DNA of 59,584 bases, from the IMG/VR virus record IMGVR_UViG_3300027754_000102, positions 1-59,584 of that record; one strand, 5' to 3'. This DNA is from a virus. Lineage: Duplodnaviria; Caudoviricetes. The notes beneath the pieces are model-generated. The model saw only the letters and a list, made by a program, of their open reading frames with translations. It was not told the DNA's origin and did no database searches. Of the stretch, positions 1-9,455 are shown piece after piece (positions within the stretch are counted from its first letter, which is position 1; each line of letters begins with the position of its first letter). A program made the translations under genes and the position numbers.

Positions 1-108
1 ATCAAGCCAACCTTTCTGCCGAAATTCGGCAGCTTTTAAAGTCTAGTGGCTGATATCAGTTTGTAAGCGTTGGAAGTGATATCAAAATTTTCTCTGCCAA
101 GGTGACAG

Positions 109-519
109 ATGCCGACAAAGAAGATGCCGATGGTGGTTGATGGAATCCCTAGCCAGCCACCCGAGGATTTAAATCCCGAAGAAAAAAAATCCTACACCGT
201 CCTGCATTCGCAGGTTACCAAATCCGGCCATGTCGGCAACACATCGCTGGAATCCTTCCTTCTCCTGGTACACCAGCGCGCCAGGCTAAAGCGGATCAGG
301 CGTGAGGTCGATGCACTGGAAAGCTGGATGATTTCAGGCAGCACCGGACAAGGCGCTCTCCATCCGATGGTTAAGGAATTGCGCCAAATGGAAACCGCCT
401 ACGCCAATCAGCTTGGCAAGTTGCTGATGGATCCACGCAGCAAGGTGACCTCGCGAGCCAAAGAGGATCAGGTCATGGCGGTGGCAGGTGACAACCCAAT
501 CATGAGATCGTTGGGATGA
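109..519 (+). CDS. terS: Terminase small subunit, P27-like (module A)
   Basis: Overlaps terL start (ATGA). PPEDL near N-terminus and 'HPMV...LLMDPRSK' resemble the P27 family 'NP....LGLTP.SR'. Confidence 0.85.
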   Translation: MPTKKMPMVVDGIPSQPPEDLNPEEKKSYTVLHSQVTKSGHVGNTSLESFLLLVHQRARLKRIRREVDALESWMISGSTGQGALHPMVKELRQMETAYANQLGKLLMDPRSKVTSRAKEDQVMAVAGDNPIMRSLG

Positions 520-2090
520 CCATGGCGAAAGCGCCAAAACGGCGTGCGAGCAAACCCAAGAAGAATCTTCCCAGTGAGAAGTTCAGGAGTTTTTGCGCTC
601 AATATTTGACGCATGTCCATGGACCGCAGCGAGGCCAACCATTCCTGCTTGAAGAGTGGCAGATGGAGCGGATCATTCGTCCCCTATACGACACGATCCG
701 CAAGGATGGTTTGCGCCAATACCGCACCAGCTATGTCGAGATTGGCCGAAAGAACGGCAAAAGTTTTCTGGCCATGGCAGTGGCGCTTTACGGTTTAATC
801 TGCGATGGCGAGCCGGGTGCGCAGGTGATCAGCGCGGCAGGCACACGGGAACAAGCTAGCTTGGTGTTTGACGTTGCGCGCGCTGCGATTCTGGCCAACC
901 CAATCCTGCGGCGCATGTGCCGAGTCTACAAAAAAGTGATCGAGACGCAGGACGGATCGACATACAAGGTGGTTAGTGCTGATGGATTTAATGCGCATGG
1001 CCTGTCCATCTCAACGCTAATATTTGATGAGCTATGGGTTCAAAAAAAGTCTGACCTATACGAAGCGCTAACCACATCGATGGGAGCTAGACGACAACCG
1101 CTGTCGTTCCTAATTTCAACATCTGGCTTTGATAAAAACACCATTTGTTATCAGACGCACAGCTACGCCGAGCGGATCCGTGATGGCATCGTTGAGGATC
1201 CAACCTTTTTGCCTGTGCTGTTCGGCGCACCAGAGGAAGCCGATTGGAAAGACCGATCCACCTGGCTGAGCGCTAACCCGAATCTAGGTATCTCAGTCTC
1301 GGAAGAATTCCTGTCGAATGCCTGCCGTGAGGCGCAGGAAAACCCAGCCAAGGAAATTAGCTTCCGGCAGTTCTTTCTCAGCCAGTGGGTGAGCGCTGAG
1401 TCCAGATGGTTTAGCCTAGACAAGATCGATGCCGCCATGGTCGAGGAATCCGATTGGCCGGACCTGACCGGCAAAGATTGTTTCCTAGGCTTGGACCTAA
1501 GCAGCACAACCGACTTAACGAGCATTGCCGCAGTCTGGCCGATAGATGGAATCTTTTATCTCGACTCCTGGTCATGGGCGCCGCGTGGCGCTTTGACCAC
1601 CCGAGAGAGAGCCAACCGCACACGGTTTCAGCCATGGGAAAAATCCGGGCATGTGATCGTGACTGATGGCGAGGTTATCGATTACACGCAGATTCACCGG
1701 CACATCGAAGATATGGCGACTCGATACAACATCCGCGAAATAGCGGTGGACAAGTGGAACAGTGTTGCGCTCTCAAATCAGTTGCAATCCGAAGGTCACA
1801 CGGTGGTGGCATTCCCGCAGGGCTTCGCCTCGATGTCACCAGCATCAAAAGATTTCGAGGCACTGGTTAGTTCTGGCAAAGTCCGCATCCGCAAAAATCC
1901 GCTGTTCCGCTGGGCATTCACCAATGTTTCCATGGTTCAGGATCCTGCTGGCAATGTCAGGCCGGACAAATCTAGAAGCGGTGACAAGATTGACCCGATC
2001 ATTGCCACCGTGATGAGCATGGCCAGAGCGCGGCACCATGAGGCATCGAGCCGGTCGGGCTATGAATCCGGCGGGCTAATGGTTCTCTGA
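516..2090 (+). CDS. terL: Terminase large subunit, HK97/Terminase_1 type (module A)
   Basis: 'LEEWQ', Walker A 'IGRKNGKS', Walker B 'LIFDELW', nuclease 'LGLDLSSTTDLTS', C-terminal 'KIDPIIA'. Confidence 0.97.
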   Translation: MTMAKAPKRRASKPKKNLPSEKFRSFCAQYLTHVHGPQRGQPFLLEEWQMERIIRPLYDTIRKDGLRQYRTSYVEIGRKNGKSFLAMAVALYGLICDGEPGAQVISAAGTREQASLVFDVARAAILANPILRRMCRVYKKVIETQDGSTYKVVSADGFNAHGLSISTLIFDELWVQKKSDLYEALTTSMGARRQPLSFLISTSGFDKNTICYQTHSYAERIRDGIVEDPTFLPVLFGAPEEADWKDRSTWLSANPNLGISVSEEFLSNACREAQENPAKEISFRQFFLSQWVSAESRWFSLDKIDAAMVEESDWPDLTGKDCFLGLDLSSTTDLTSIAAVWPIDGIFYLDSWSWAPRGALTTRERANRTRFQPWEKSGHVIVTDGEVIDYTQIHRHIEDMATRYNIREIAVDKWNSVALSNQLQSEGHTVVAFPQGFASMSPASKDFEALVSSGKVRIRKNPLFRWAFTNVSMVQDPAGNVRPDKSRSGDKIDPIIATVMSMARARHHEASSRSGYESGGLMVL

Positions 2091-2111
2091 GTTCGTCTGG
2101 TTTCCCAGAAT
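2086..2111 (+). promoter_or_regulatory. Module A late-promoter-like motif, copy 1 (before portal)
   Basis: TCTGAGTTCGT-ct-GGTT-tcc-CAGAAT; same layout at 4122 and 13375. Confidence 0.7.
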
Positions 2112-2119
2112 CGAGGAAT

Positions 2120-3376
2120 ATGGCAGACAGCATTCTAAAGCGAATTGGCAAAAGTATTTCCAGCCTGTTGGGTGCTGGTCAGCGTGGCCGTCCGCTAGTG
2201 CTGAACGATTACAACGCAATTGAACAAACTTGGAATGGCCGACCGGGTGCAATGGACTACCTCGGCATTCCAGCGGTGCTGGCCGGCCTGCGGTTGATTT
2301 CAGAAACCGTGGGTGGTCTACCTTTGCACTTGTATCACCGCCAGGTCGATGGCGGCAGAAACCGAGCCGAAGACCGCAACGAAGCCGATGTCTGGAAATA
2401 CAACGAAAACCGCAACGAAATGGAAATCAGGTCTAGCCTGATATTCCAAATGTTGGTCCATGGTGTCGCCTACGCTCGCATCTCTCGGATTGATGGTGGC
2501 GCAAGAAATCTTCAAGAGATCTCTGCCGATCACATCATCGAAAAGACCGACGACATTTTGGGAAAGAAGTTGTACGGAATTAAATCCGATCCCTATGCCA
2601 ACGATGCGGATACTTGGGTTTCTGAGGCGGACATGTTCGTCTTGCGTGGAACCTTCAACGGCAACAGCCTGCTGGATCTTTGCCGCAATTCACTGGAACT
2701 GACCAAGGCAACCCAAGATTTTGGCGGAACTCTTTACGCCAACGGCGCAAGGCCATCTGGTGTGCTAACGCATCCAGGCAAACTGTCCGACGATGCGCGC
2801 CGTCGCCTGCGTAGCGATTTTGAAAAACTGCACACTGGCTTGGCCAATGCTGGCCGCATTGCTGTGCTGGAAGAAGGTCTAACCTTCACGCCAACCAGCA
2901 CATCACCGGAAGATGCGCAAACGATTCAGACCCGAGAATTTCAGGTGCGTGAAGTCTGCCGCATATTCGGTATCCCACCGGCCAAAATGGGTTTGGGTGG
3001 CGGTGGCGAGAGCATCGAGGCGCAGAACATTCAGTTCTTAACCGACTGTATTCAGCCACATTTGATTCGGGTTGAACAGGAAGCCAACCGCAAGCTAGTT
3101 CGGGAGCATGAATGGGGCTGGTACACCTGGGAACACAGCGTTGAAGGTTTGCTGCGCGCAGACATCCTCACCCGTTACAAATCCTACTCCATCGGTCGCA
3201 ACTGGGGCTGGTTGTCGGTCAATCAGATTCGCAAGCTGGAATCATGGGATCCAATCCCAGGCGGCGATACTTACCTTAGTCCAACGAACATGCAACCGCT
3301 AACCGACACCGCTCCTGGTGCGCGTGCGCCTGCTGGCGATCAACCAGTTGATGCAATGGATCCACTCAATGGCTGA
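2120..3376 (+). CDS. HK97-family portal protein
   Basis: 'ISETVGGLPLHLY', 'YANGARPSGVL', 'NAGRIAVLEEGL', 'VCRIFGIPP', 'WLSVNQIR'; follows terL. Confidence 0.97.
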   Translation: MADSILKRIGKSISSLLGAGQRGRPLVLNDYNAIEQTWNGRPGAMDYLGIPAVLAGLRLISETVGGLPLHLYHRQVDGGRNRAEDRNEADVWKYNENRNEMEIRSSLIFQMLVHGVAYARISRIDGGARNLQEISADHIIEKTDDILGKKLYGIKSDPYANDADTWVSEADMFVLRGTFNGNSLLDLCRNSLELTKATQDFGGTLYANGARPSGVLTHPGKLSDDARRRLRSDFEKLHTGLANAGRIAVLEEGLTFTPTSTSPEDAQTIQTREFQVREVCRIFGIPPAKMGLGGGGESIEAQNIQFLTDCIQPHLIRVEQEANRKLVREHEWGWYTWEHSVEGLLRADILTRYKSYSIGRNWGWLSVNQIRKLESWDPIPGGDTYLSPTNMQPLTDTAPGARAPAGDQPVDAMDPLNG

Positions 3377-3572
3377 ATCCTCGTGGGATGGGATCTTGCT
3401 GGTTCTGGGTGAGGCGCGAACACCGCGCCGGTTGCCACCGGGCCCACCACAACTGCCACCGATTCGCATGTCGTTTGAAGACATGATTTCCGACGATACG
3501 GAAAACACCGAGACTGGACGCATCCGCAGGTTCAGCGAGAGGGGAGATTTCCGATGCCAACCGCCGGAATAG
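3369..3572 (+). CDS. Small hypothetical protein between portal and protease
   Basis: Fills the gap and overlaps both neighbours; no recognisable motif. Confidence 0.4.
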   Translation: MAESSWDGILLVLGEARTPRRLPPGPPQLPPIRMSFEDMISDDTENTETGRIRRFSERGDFRCQPPE

Positions 3573-4126
3573 AGATCGAGCGCCGCGTCGGCAGCCTTGC
3601 CGAGGTGGAGAGTGAAGGCAACAAGCTGCACGGATACGCCGCAGTGTTTAACCAGCCTAGTGAAAACCTTGGCGGGTTCCGTGAGTACATTGCGCCAGGC
3701 GCATTCAAGCGCACGCTTGATTCCAACGAGGATGTGCGTGCGCTGCTCGATCACGACACACGGTTGGTGCTAGGCAGACGATCCGCTGGCACGCTGCGAC
3801 TGCACGAAGACACCCGGGGCTTGGCGGTTGAAATTGACCTACCATCGACGAGTTATGCCAAAGATGCCGCAGAACTAATCAGGCGCGGCGATGTGTCGCA
3901 AATGTCTTTTGGATTCACCATCTCGAAAGGTGATGACGAGTGGTTGCCGCCTGAAGGCGATGAACCATTGCGCCGCAGGATTGTTCGGCACGCCAACCTG
4001 ATGGAAGTTTCCGTAGTGTCCATTCCGGCCTATCCGCAGACGGAAGTTGGTCTGCGTTCATTGTCCCGCTTTTTGTTGAGTCGGAACACAAACATCTTGC
4101 AGGTGCTTGGGTTGCGCAGGTTCTGA
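3554..4126 (+). CDS. HK97-family prohead protease
   Basis: 'GYAAVFN', 'FREYIAPGAF', 'LLDHD', 'MSFGF', 'EVSVVSIPAYPQT'. Confidence 0.97.
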   Translation: MPTAGIEIERRVGSLAEVESEGNKLHGYAAVFNQPSENLGGFREYIAPGAFKRTLDSNEDVRALLDHDTRLVLGRRSAGTLRLHEDTRGLAVEIDLPSTSYAKDAAELIRRGDVSQMSFGFTISKGDDEWLPPEGDEPLRRRIVRHANLMEVSVVSIPAYPQTEVGLRSLSRFLLSRNTNILQVLGLRRF

Positions 4127-4147
4127 GTTCGTGAGGTTCTATAGTTT
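4122..4147 (+). promoter_or_regulatory. Module A late-promoter-like motif, copy 2 (before major capsid)
   Basis: TCTGAGTTCGT-ga-GGTT-cta-TAGTTT. Confidence 0.7.
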
Positions 4148-4182
4148 TGATTTCATGTGATTCACACACAGGAGAATAGCAG

Positions 4183-5547
4183 ATGAATAAGATCGTGATT
4201 TCAAAAGCCACTCGCGAAGAACTGCTTGAAGCACGTTCCGCATTGATGGCGCAACTAACCGGAATGCAAGAGCGGCAACTAACACCCGAAGAGCAAGCCG
4301 CATTTGATGCGCTGGTCGCACAGGTGAACGAGATCGATGCAAAGGTCACAACTTTGGAGGCTGAACTTATGGCTGATCCCGCCGCTGATCCCGGTGACGC
4401 TGCTGTTCAGCAAGCATCCGCTCGGTCTATCCCAGCATTGAACGAACTTCCCAAGCCACCCGCTGCTAGCGAGCCGGTGTATGTGAACACTCCGGTGCCG
4501 AACATTGTTCGTGACCTGAATGATCGCCGCGCCATTCGCAACCGCGACATGGCTTTGCGCGGTTGGGCACTTCAGCCAACCGGTCTTTGCACCGCTGACC
4601 ATGTCCGCGCTGCCAATGAGATCGGTTTCAACCTAAACAACAAGGTGCTGAACCTGCGACTGTACGAGAATCCCAATAAGGAAACTCGCGCCCAGTCTGC
4701 TGGTACTGGCAGTGCTGGTGGCTACCTTGTTCCCACCGATCTGATTCGTTCGCTGGAAACGGCACTGGCCTACACCTGCCCGATCCGCCAATTCGCACAA
4801 GTGCTTCGCACCGCGAGCGGAAACCCAATCGATATTCCAACCGTGGACGACACTTCAAACAGTGGCGAACTGGTTGCTGAAAACGCATCCTACGCCACGC
4901 AGGATGTGACATTCAGTAAGGTCACACTCAATGCCTATAAGTTCACATCTAAGCTGGTTTTGGCCAGCTTGGAACTGCTGCAAGATTCCGCCATCAATGT
5001 TGGCGAAATTCTTGGTAACCTCCTGGGTGAGCGCATCGGTAGAAGCCAGCTCGGATTTTTCACCACCGGAACCGGCTCCAGCCAACCGCAAGGTGCGGTG
5101 ACTGGTAGCGCTGCTGGTGTGACTTCCGCCAGTGCGTCAGCCATCGCTGTTGACGATCTGCTTGGGTTGGTTCACTCTGTTGATCGCGCCTATCGTGACG
5201 CTGGCGCTTTCATGATGCACGACAGCATTTTGCTTGCTGTGCGCAAATTGAAGGACAGCACCAATCAGCCGATCTTCACTCAGTCCTACATCGTGGGTGA
5301 ACCTGACCGTCTGTTTGGGTATCCGGTTGTCATAAACAACAGCATGGCATCCACCGTTGCCACCACCAACAAAACTGTGCTGTTCGGCGACTGGTCCAAG
5401 TTCATCATTCGCGATGCGCTGGATATCCAGTTGGTGCGCAGTGACGAGCGTTACATGGAATACGGACAAAGCGCATTTGTTGCGCTGGCTCGATCTGATT
5501 CCAAGGTCAGCATGTCTGGTGCCTTGAAGCGCCTCACCCAAGCCTAA
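4183..5547 (+). CDS. HK97-family major capsid protein with N-terminal delta domain
   Basis: Coiled-coil N-terminus, 'GGYLVP', 'SLELLQDS', 'GTGSSQPQG', 'LFGYPV', 'FGDWS'; AGGAG RBS. Confidence 0.97.
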   Translation: MNKIVISKATREELLEARSALMAQLTGMQERQLTPEEQAAFDALVAQVNEIDAKVTTLEAELMADPAADPGDAAVQQASARSIPALNELPKPPAASEPVYVNTPVPNIVRDLNDRRAIRNRDMALRGWALQPTGLCTADHVRAANEIGFNLNNKVLNLRLYENPNKETRAQSAGTGSAGGYLVPTDLIRSLETALAYTCPIRQFAQVLRTASGNPIDIPTVDDTSNSGELVAENASYATQDVTFSKVTLNAYKFTSKLVLASLELLQDSAINVGEILGNLLGERIGRSQLGFFTTGTGSSQPQGAVTGSAAGVTSASASAIAVDDLLGLVHSVDRAYRDAGAFMMHDSILLAVRKLKDSTNQPIFTQSYIVGEPDRLFGYPVVINNSMASTVATTNKTVLFGDWSKFIIRDALDIQLVRSDERYMEYGQSAFVALARSDSKVSMSGALKRLTQA

Positions 5548-5576
5548 TCCCGCTAATAGGGACCGGGCTTAATCTG

Positions 5577-5613
5577 ACCGGTCCGGCGGGATTCCGCTGG
5601 ACCGGTTTTATTT
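5577..5613 (+). terminator. Rho-independent terminator after capsid gene
   Basis: 13-bp stem ACCGGTCCGGCGG/CCGCTGGACCGGT (one G-U), GATT loop, T-rich tail. Confidence 0.85.
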
Positions 5614-5627
5614 GTGGAGGACAAAAC

Positions 5628-5816
5628 ATGCCTGTGGAAGTTGTTCTGTTGGAAGCGTTCGCCAATTCCGTTACAGCATGGATGCCAGGGGAACTGTTCC
5701 CATGCGTTGATCAGGTTGAGGCTGACAGAATGGTTGAGCGAGGTTTGGCCATCGCTGTGGTTAGCACTGAACCGGACAGCACCGAGGAAGCGCCGAAGGC
5801 CAAAAAACGCAAGTGA
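5628..5816 (+). CDS. Small post-capsid protein
   Basis: GGAGG RBS; 'PGE...EADRMVERGLA...KAKKRK' pattern typical of small genes after HK97 capsids. Confidence 0.65.
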   Translation: MPVEVVLLEAFANSVTAWMPGELFPCVDQVEADRMVERGLAIAVVSTEPDSTEEAPKAKKRK

Positions 5817-5823
5817 GGTGAGT

Positions 5824-6429
5824 ATGTTCTTAGAACGGATCACCGCGCCGGCATCTGAACCGGTCACTCTGGCTGAAGCCAAAGCGCATATCCGAGTAGA
5901 TCACTCGGACGATGACACGCTGATATCTGCGTTGATTTCCACAGCACGGGATCATGTCGAGCGCACCACACGGTTGGCGCTAATCCGCCAGCAATGGCGG
6001 ATGCGACTAGAGGACTTCCCAGCCGATGGCGCTGATATCGAGATCATGCGCCGGCCAATGATCACAACATCGGGAACCTACTCACCGGTTATCAGCTACT
6101 ACAACCCTGACGATGTGACAACCACATCGTGGACTCTGACGGATGAAGAATTTTTAGCCTACAACAGCAACCCACCTGTCCTATCCGTCTGGGGAATTGC
6201 TGGATGGCCTACGCTCGACAGTGAGCGCAAATACCCGGTAGAGGTCACTTTCTACGCTGGCTTTGGCACGACCGGCGCAGATGTGCCTGGTCCAATCAAG
6301 CAAGCCATTTTGTTGTTAGTCGGCAATTGGTACATCAGGCGTGAAGCCGCCAGCCAGGAGGCAGGCTTGCCGGTTCCCTACGCGGTGGAAAGTCTTCTCT
6401 CTCTGTACGACAGCGGGGAATACCAGTGA
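5824..6429 (+). CDS. Head-tail connector (gp6-like)
   Basis: 'EPVTLAEAKAHIRVDHSDDDTLI', 'PIKQAILLLVGNWY.RRE'; start moved to ATG 5824 after GAGGTG. Confidence 0.93.
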   Translation: MFLERITAPASEPVTLAEAKAHIRVDHSDDDTLISALISTARDHVERTTRLALIRQQWRMRLEDFPADGADIEIMRRPMITTSGTYSPVISYYNPDDVTTTSWTLTDEEFLAYNSNPPVLSVWGIAGWPTLDSERKYPVEVTFYAGFGTTGADVPGPIKQAILLLVGNWYIRREAASQEAGLPVPYAVESLLSLYDSGEYQ

Positions 6430-6758
6430 TCCCAGCCGGCAGAATGCGGCACCGTGTGGTTGTGCAGTCGCCTACTGCGACCGTGGACAGCTACGGACAG
6501 GAAGCCATCACCTGGACAACTGTCCTGACTGTGTGGTCTGAGATGGTTGGTCGTGGCGGTGGTACTCAAGCCACAGTCAATAAAGGCCAAGTAACTCTTG
6601 GTCACACAGTGCGGATCCGCTACGCCAGCGCACTGGCCAGCATGGACGAGACTTGGCGGCTACTGTTTGGTTCGCGCGTATTGGAAATTTCCAGCATCAC
6701 CAATGTGGACTACCTCAACGAGATACTAGAAATAACCTGTTCAGAAGAGGTGGTTTAG
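6426..6758 (+). CDS. Head closure / head-tail adaptor (SPP1 gp16-like)
   Basis: 'AGRMRHRVVVQ', 'DSYGQ...W...TVW', 'VRIRY'. Confidence 0.92.
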   Translation: MIPAGRMRHRVVVQSPTATVDSYGQEAITWTTVLTVWSEMVGRGGGTQATVNKGQVTLGHTVRIRYASALASMDETWRLLFGSRVLEISSITNVDYLNEILEITCSEEVV

Positions 6759-7855
6759 TGGCCGATTTCGGCTACAAACTTGAATTTAATGGCGCGGACA
6801 AACTGATCCGCACCGTGTTGGAGTTTCCGAAAAAGAAGCAACAAGTATTTCGGTCAGTGGCGCGGGAGATTGGCAGGGTGCTGATACCTGCAATTCGGTC
6901 GAGCATCAAGGCGCGTGTAGGCATCAACCGCTTGAAGGCGGCTGGCAAACCAAGTCGCCTGTCTAAATTTATAGCCGCCGCCGGCAAAGAGGCGCAGCAG
7001 TATCAGAAAAAACTTAAAAAGATCCTGAAGCCACATTCCGCAATTGCCAGAAAGGCCAGCCGCCGCGCCATGAAAGTGGCAAGCAAATACGGCAAAAAGA
7101 TTTCCAAGGCAGTGCGCAAAGATGCCAACAAGCTGATGCGTGAGGTGTTCAACGAGTTCGGCATCAGGATTAAACGCAAACCCAAACCACTGGCGGTTAA
7201 ACCAGAAAAGCCGAAGGCGATTCAGCAGGCCAAACCGGAACAGCCTAAACGCGGCAGGCCAAGGAAATTGGTCACGGTTAAAAAGCGCACCTATTCGGTT
7301 GAACAAATTAGGAAGATGGTCAGCACACCGGAAGAGCGGGAATTGCTGCGATTTGCAGTCACAACCAAAGGCGCATTTGGCACACGCAATAACACGGTCA
7401 CGGAAGTGGGACAAACCGGCGCTCTGGCACGGTCCATCGGTGTCAAGGTTCACATGGCCAAACCTCAATCGGTTGCGCGCTCGGCAGCGGATGGCCGAGT
7501 GATTGGCGGTAGCGGCATCAACCCGCGTGGCATGGCCAGCGGAGCGGAATGGAAAAACGCCAAGTGGAAACGAACCTCTAGCGGCAGGGTGCTGTGCATT
7601 GTCGGACCGCGCTCTGGCTACAAAGTCACAGCATGGAATCCATTTATAAACAAGCTCGTAACGCACGATCCAAAGCAATATGCCTGGTGGCTTGAGAAAG
7701 GCCACATCTTGAAAGTTCGCGGCGCAAACACCGGCAAGAGCGTGAAACCTTACCCGTTTATGCGTCCAGCATTTGCGGCAACTCAAGGCCAGGTCAGAAC
7801 ACTGGTGAGAAACAAACTGCGTGACCAAGTCGCCAAGCTGTTGGCTTCACGATAG
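6758..7855 (+). CDS. HK97 gp10-like neck protein with large basic insertion
   Basis: 'TGALARSI', 'YAWWLEKGH', 'PYPFMRPAF'; GTG start overlaps upstream stop; ~365 aa. Confidence 0.8.
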   Translation: MADFGYKLEFNGADKLIRTVLEFPKKKQQVFRSVAREIGRVLIPAIRSSIKARVGINRLKAAGKPSRLSKFIAAAGKEAQQYQKKLKKILKPHSAIARKASRRAMKVASKYGKKISKAVRKDANKLMREVFNEFGIRIKRKPKPLAVKPEKPKAIQQAKPEQPKRGRPRKLVTVKKRTYSVEQIRKMVSTPEERELLRFAVTTKGAFGTRNNTVTEVGQTGALARSIGVKVHMAKPQSVARSAADGRVIGGSGINPRGMASGAEWKNAKWKRTSSGRVLCIVGPRSGYKVTAWNPFINKLVTHDPKQYAWWLEKGHILKVRGANTGKSVKPYPFMRPAFAATQGQVRTLVRNKLRDQVAKLLASR

Positions 7856-7863
7856 GAGGCATC

Positions 7864-8271
7864 ATGTCCGTATTCGGCAAGGCTATCCGAACGTATTTGA
7901 CCGGACAAACTGGTTATGCCGCAACTATCCCTGGTGGTATCTCGCCAGAGATCGCACCAGCAGGTTCAACCCTGCCATTCATCGTCTACACCGGCAGCGA
8001 AGACACACCGGTTCTGCGTCTGGACGGAACAACAGTCGCACGACAGGCCAGTGTGAATCTAGTCGTCACCGCTGAGACGCGCAGCGAATGCGAGTCTGTG
8101 ACCGCATGGCTACGAACCAAGTTAGAACAGGGAACGTGGGTTGGCTTGACTAATCCCAAAATCTTTTTCTGGCGAGTGATTAGCCAGTCAGATGTATCCG
8201 AGGTGATACTCGACGGATCCGATGAGTCCATTCGGTTGGTTAATTTACAAGTAGATGGCGCTTATATTTAG
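7864..8271 (+). CDS. Tail terminator/completion protein
   Basis: 'APAGSTLPFIVY' motif, size, and position before tail tube. Confidence 0.8.
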   Translation: MSVFGKAIRTYLTGQTGYAATIPGGISPEIAPAGSTLPFIVYTGSEDTPVLRLDGTTVARQASVNLVVTAETRSECESVTAWLRTKLEQGTWVGLTNPKIFFWRVISQSDVSEVILDGSDESIRLVNLQVDGAYI

Positions 8272-8282
8272 GAGGTGATTTC

Positions 8283-8702
8283 ATGCCAGATCCAGTGTTT
8301 GCCGTTGGTACAACGGCGGCGTATGTGCCGGTTGCTGGCGGCGCTTCCGTCACGATGACCGGACTGACCGCTATTGGTGGTAACACCAAACAACGAGCGG
8401 TAGCCGATATTACTCTGCTGAGTGATACGACCATGAAACGCCGGCCAGTGCGGACCGATCCCGGCACCGTCCAGTTCACGTTCCAGTTGCAGGATACGGC
8501 AACCGCAACCAACGAATGGACAGGACTGAACACCATTCTGGTTGCTGGCACACTGATCACGGTCACGGTAAACATGCCTGGCGCTTTTGATTCCACACCG
8601 CTGTACACATTCAGTGGTTTCATCAGTGAGCTAACGACGCCTGAACTAGGTGCCAACGATACGACGGTGACTTACACCGCAACCATGACGCTGACTGCCT
8701 AA
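8283..8702 (+). CDS. Major tail tube protein (module A)
   Basis: Strong RBS AGGAGGTG; 'DPGTVQFT', 'YTFSGFIS'; position. Confidence 0.8.
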   Translation: MPDPVFAVGTTAAYVPVAGGASVTMTGLTAIGGNTKQRAVADITLLSDTTMKRRPVRTDPGTVQFTFQLQDTATATNEWTGLNTILVAGTLITVTVNMPGAFDSTPLYTFSGFISELTTPELGANDTTVTYTATMTLTA

Positions 8703-8705
8703 TCC

Positions 8706-9119
8706 ATGCCAAGCGCAGTCATGGCAGCCGGCACCAAGGTCTACACCCGCGCTAGCGGTGTGGGATCCTATGTCGAGTTGCCATATGTGCTGGGTTTGAC
8801 TGGTAGCACAATTACCAGGTCATTCAGCGACAACACCGCTGCTAGCGAAATGACTTTGTCCAAATACATCGGTAGAGTTGATCCCGGCACCGTGTCGATC
8901 ACGATGCATTTGGAAGACACGGCAACCGCAAGCAATACTTACAGCGGTTGGCGAGTCGGCCTGACTAACGCCAGCAGCTACGACCTTCGCTTCGAAATGC
9001 CGTATCTGCCTGCAACACCGCTGCTGGAATTCACTGGCGTGAAACTTACCAGCGTTACCGGCATCGACCTATCCAGCACTTCCGGTCTAATTACCTACAC
9101 CATCACTTTTCAACTGTAA
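8706..9119 (+). CDS. Second tail-tube-like paralogue (module A)
   Basis: Shares 'DPGTV....L.DTATA.N...G' with the preceding protein. Confidence 0.7.
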   Translation: MPSAVMAAGTKVYTRASGVGSYVELPYVLGLTGSTITRSFSDNTAASEMTLSKYIGRVDPGTVSITMHLEDTATASNTYSGWRVGLTNASSYDLRFEMPYLPATPLLEFTGVKLTSVTGIDLSSTSGLITYTITFQL

Positions 9120-9128
9120 GGAGGCTTT

Positions 9129-9455
9129 GTGCTGACCCGCGACAGTTTCAAGCCATACGCTCTGCTCAAACGCGAGCGCGTTGAGATCCCCGAGCTAAAT
9201 GATTTCGTCTATGTCCGCGAGCTTTCCGCAGGCGAAGCGCTGGAGTTTCGCGAGAAAATCAGCGATGGCCAAAAGTTTGAGTCTCTGGTTTTGCCGATGC
9301 TGGCCAAAGTCATCGTCGATGAAAAAGGTCAGCAGATCTTTAATCCATCAGACACCGACCTAATCGGTAAATCATTCCCGCTGCATGTGATGGAAACCAT
9401 CGCAGCGAAAGCACAGCAACTATCGGGTTTAGGCGGAACACCGGAAAAAAACTAA
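9129..9455 (+). CDS. Tail assembly chaperone (lambda gpG-like)
   Basis: 'VYVRELSAGE', 'IVDEKGQQIF', ends 'EKN*' on slippery A AAA AAC. Confidence 0.88.
   Translation: MLTRDSFKPYALLKRERVEIPELNDFVYVRELSAGEALEFREKISDGQKFESLVLPMLAKVIVDEKGQQIFNPSDTDLIGKSFPLHVMETIAAKAQQLSGLGGTPEKN

Noticed and set aside
5614-5823. Tracked N-terminal extensions (5614, 6653, 9759, 12981, 24839, 30668, 33356, 40572)
   Set aside because: Downstream starts have better RBS or stop-start coupling and match family N-termini.
6854-7828. 324-aa minus-strand ORF (also 53318-54274 minus and 53110-54117 plus)
   Set aside because: Fully overlap well-supported genes, with no motifs or RBS; typical GC-rich shadow frames.
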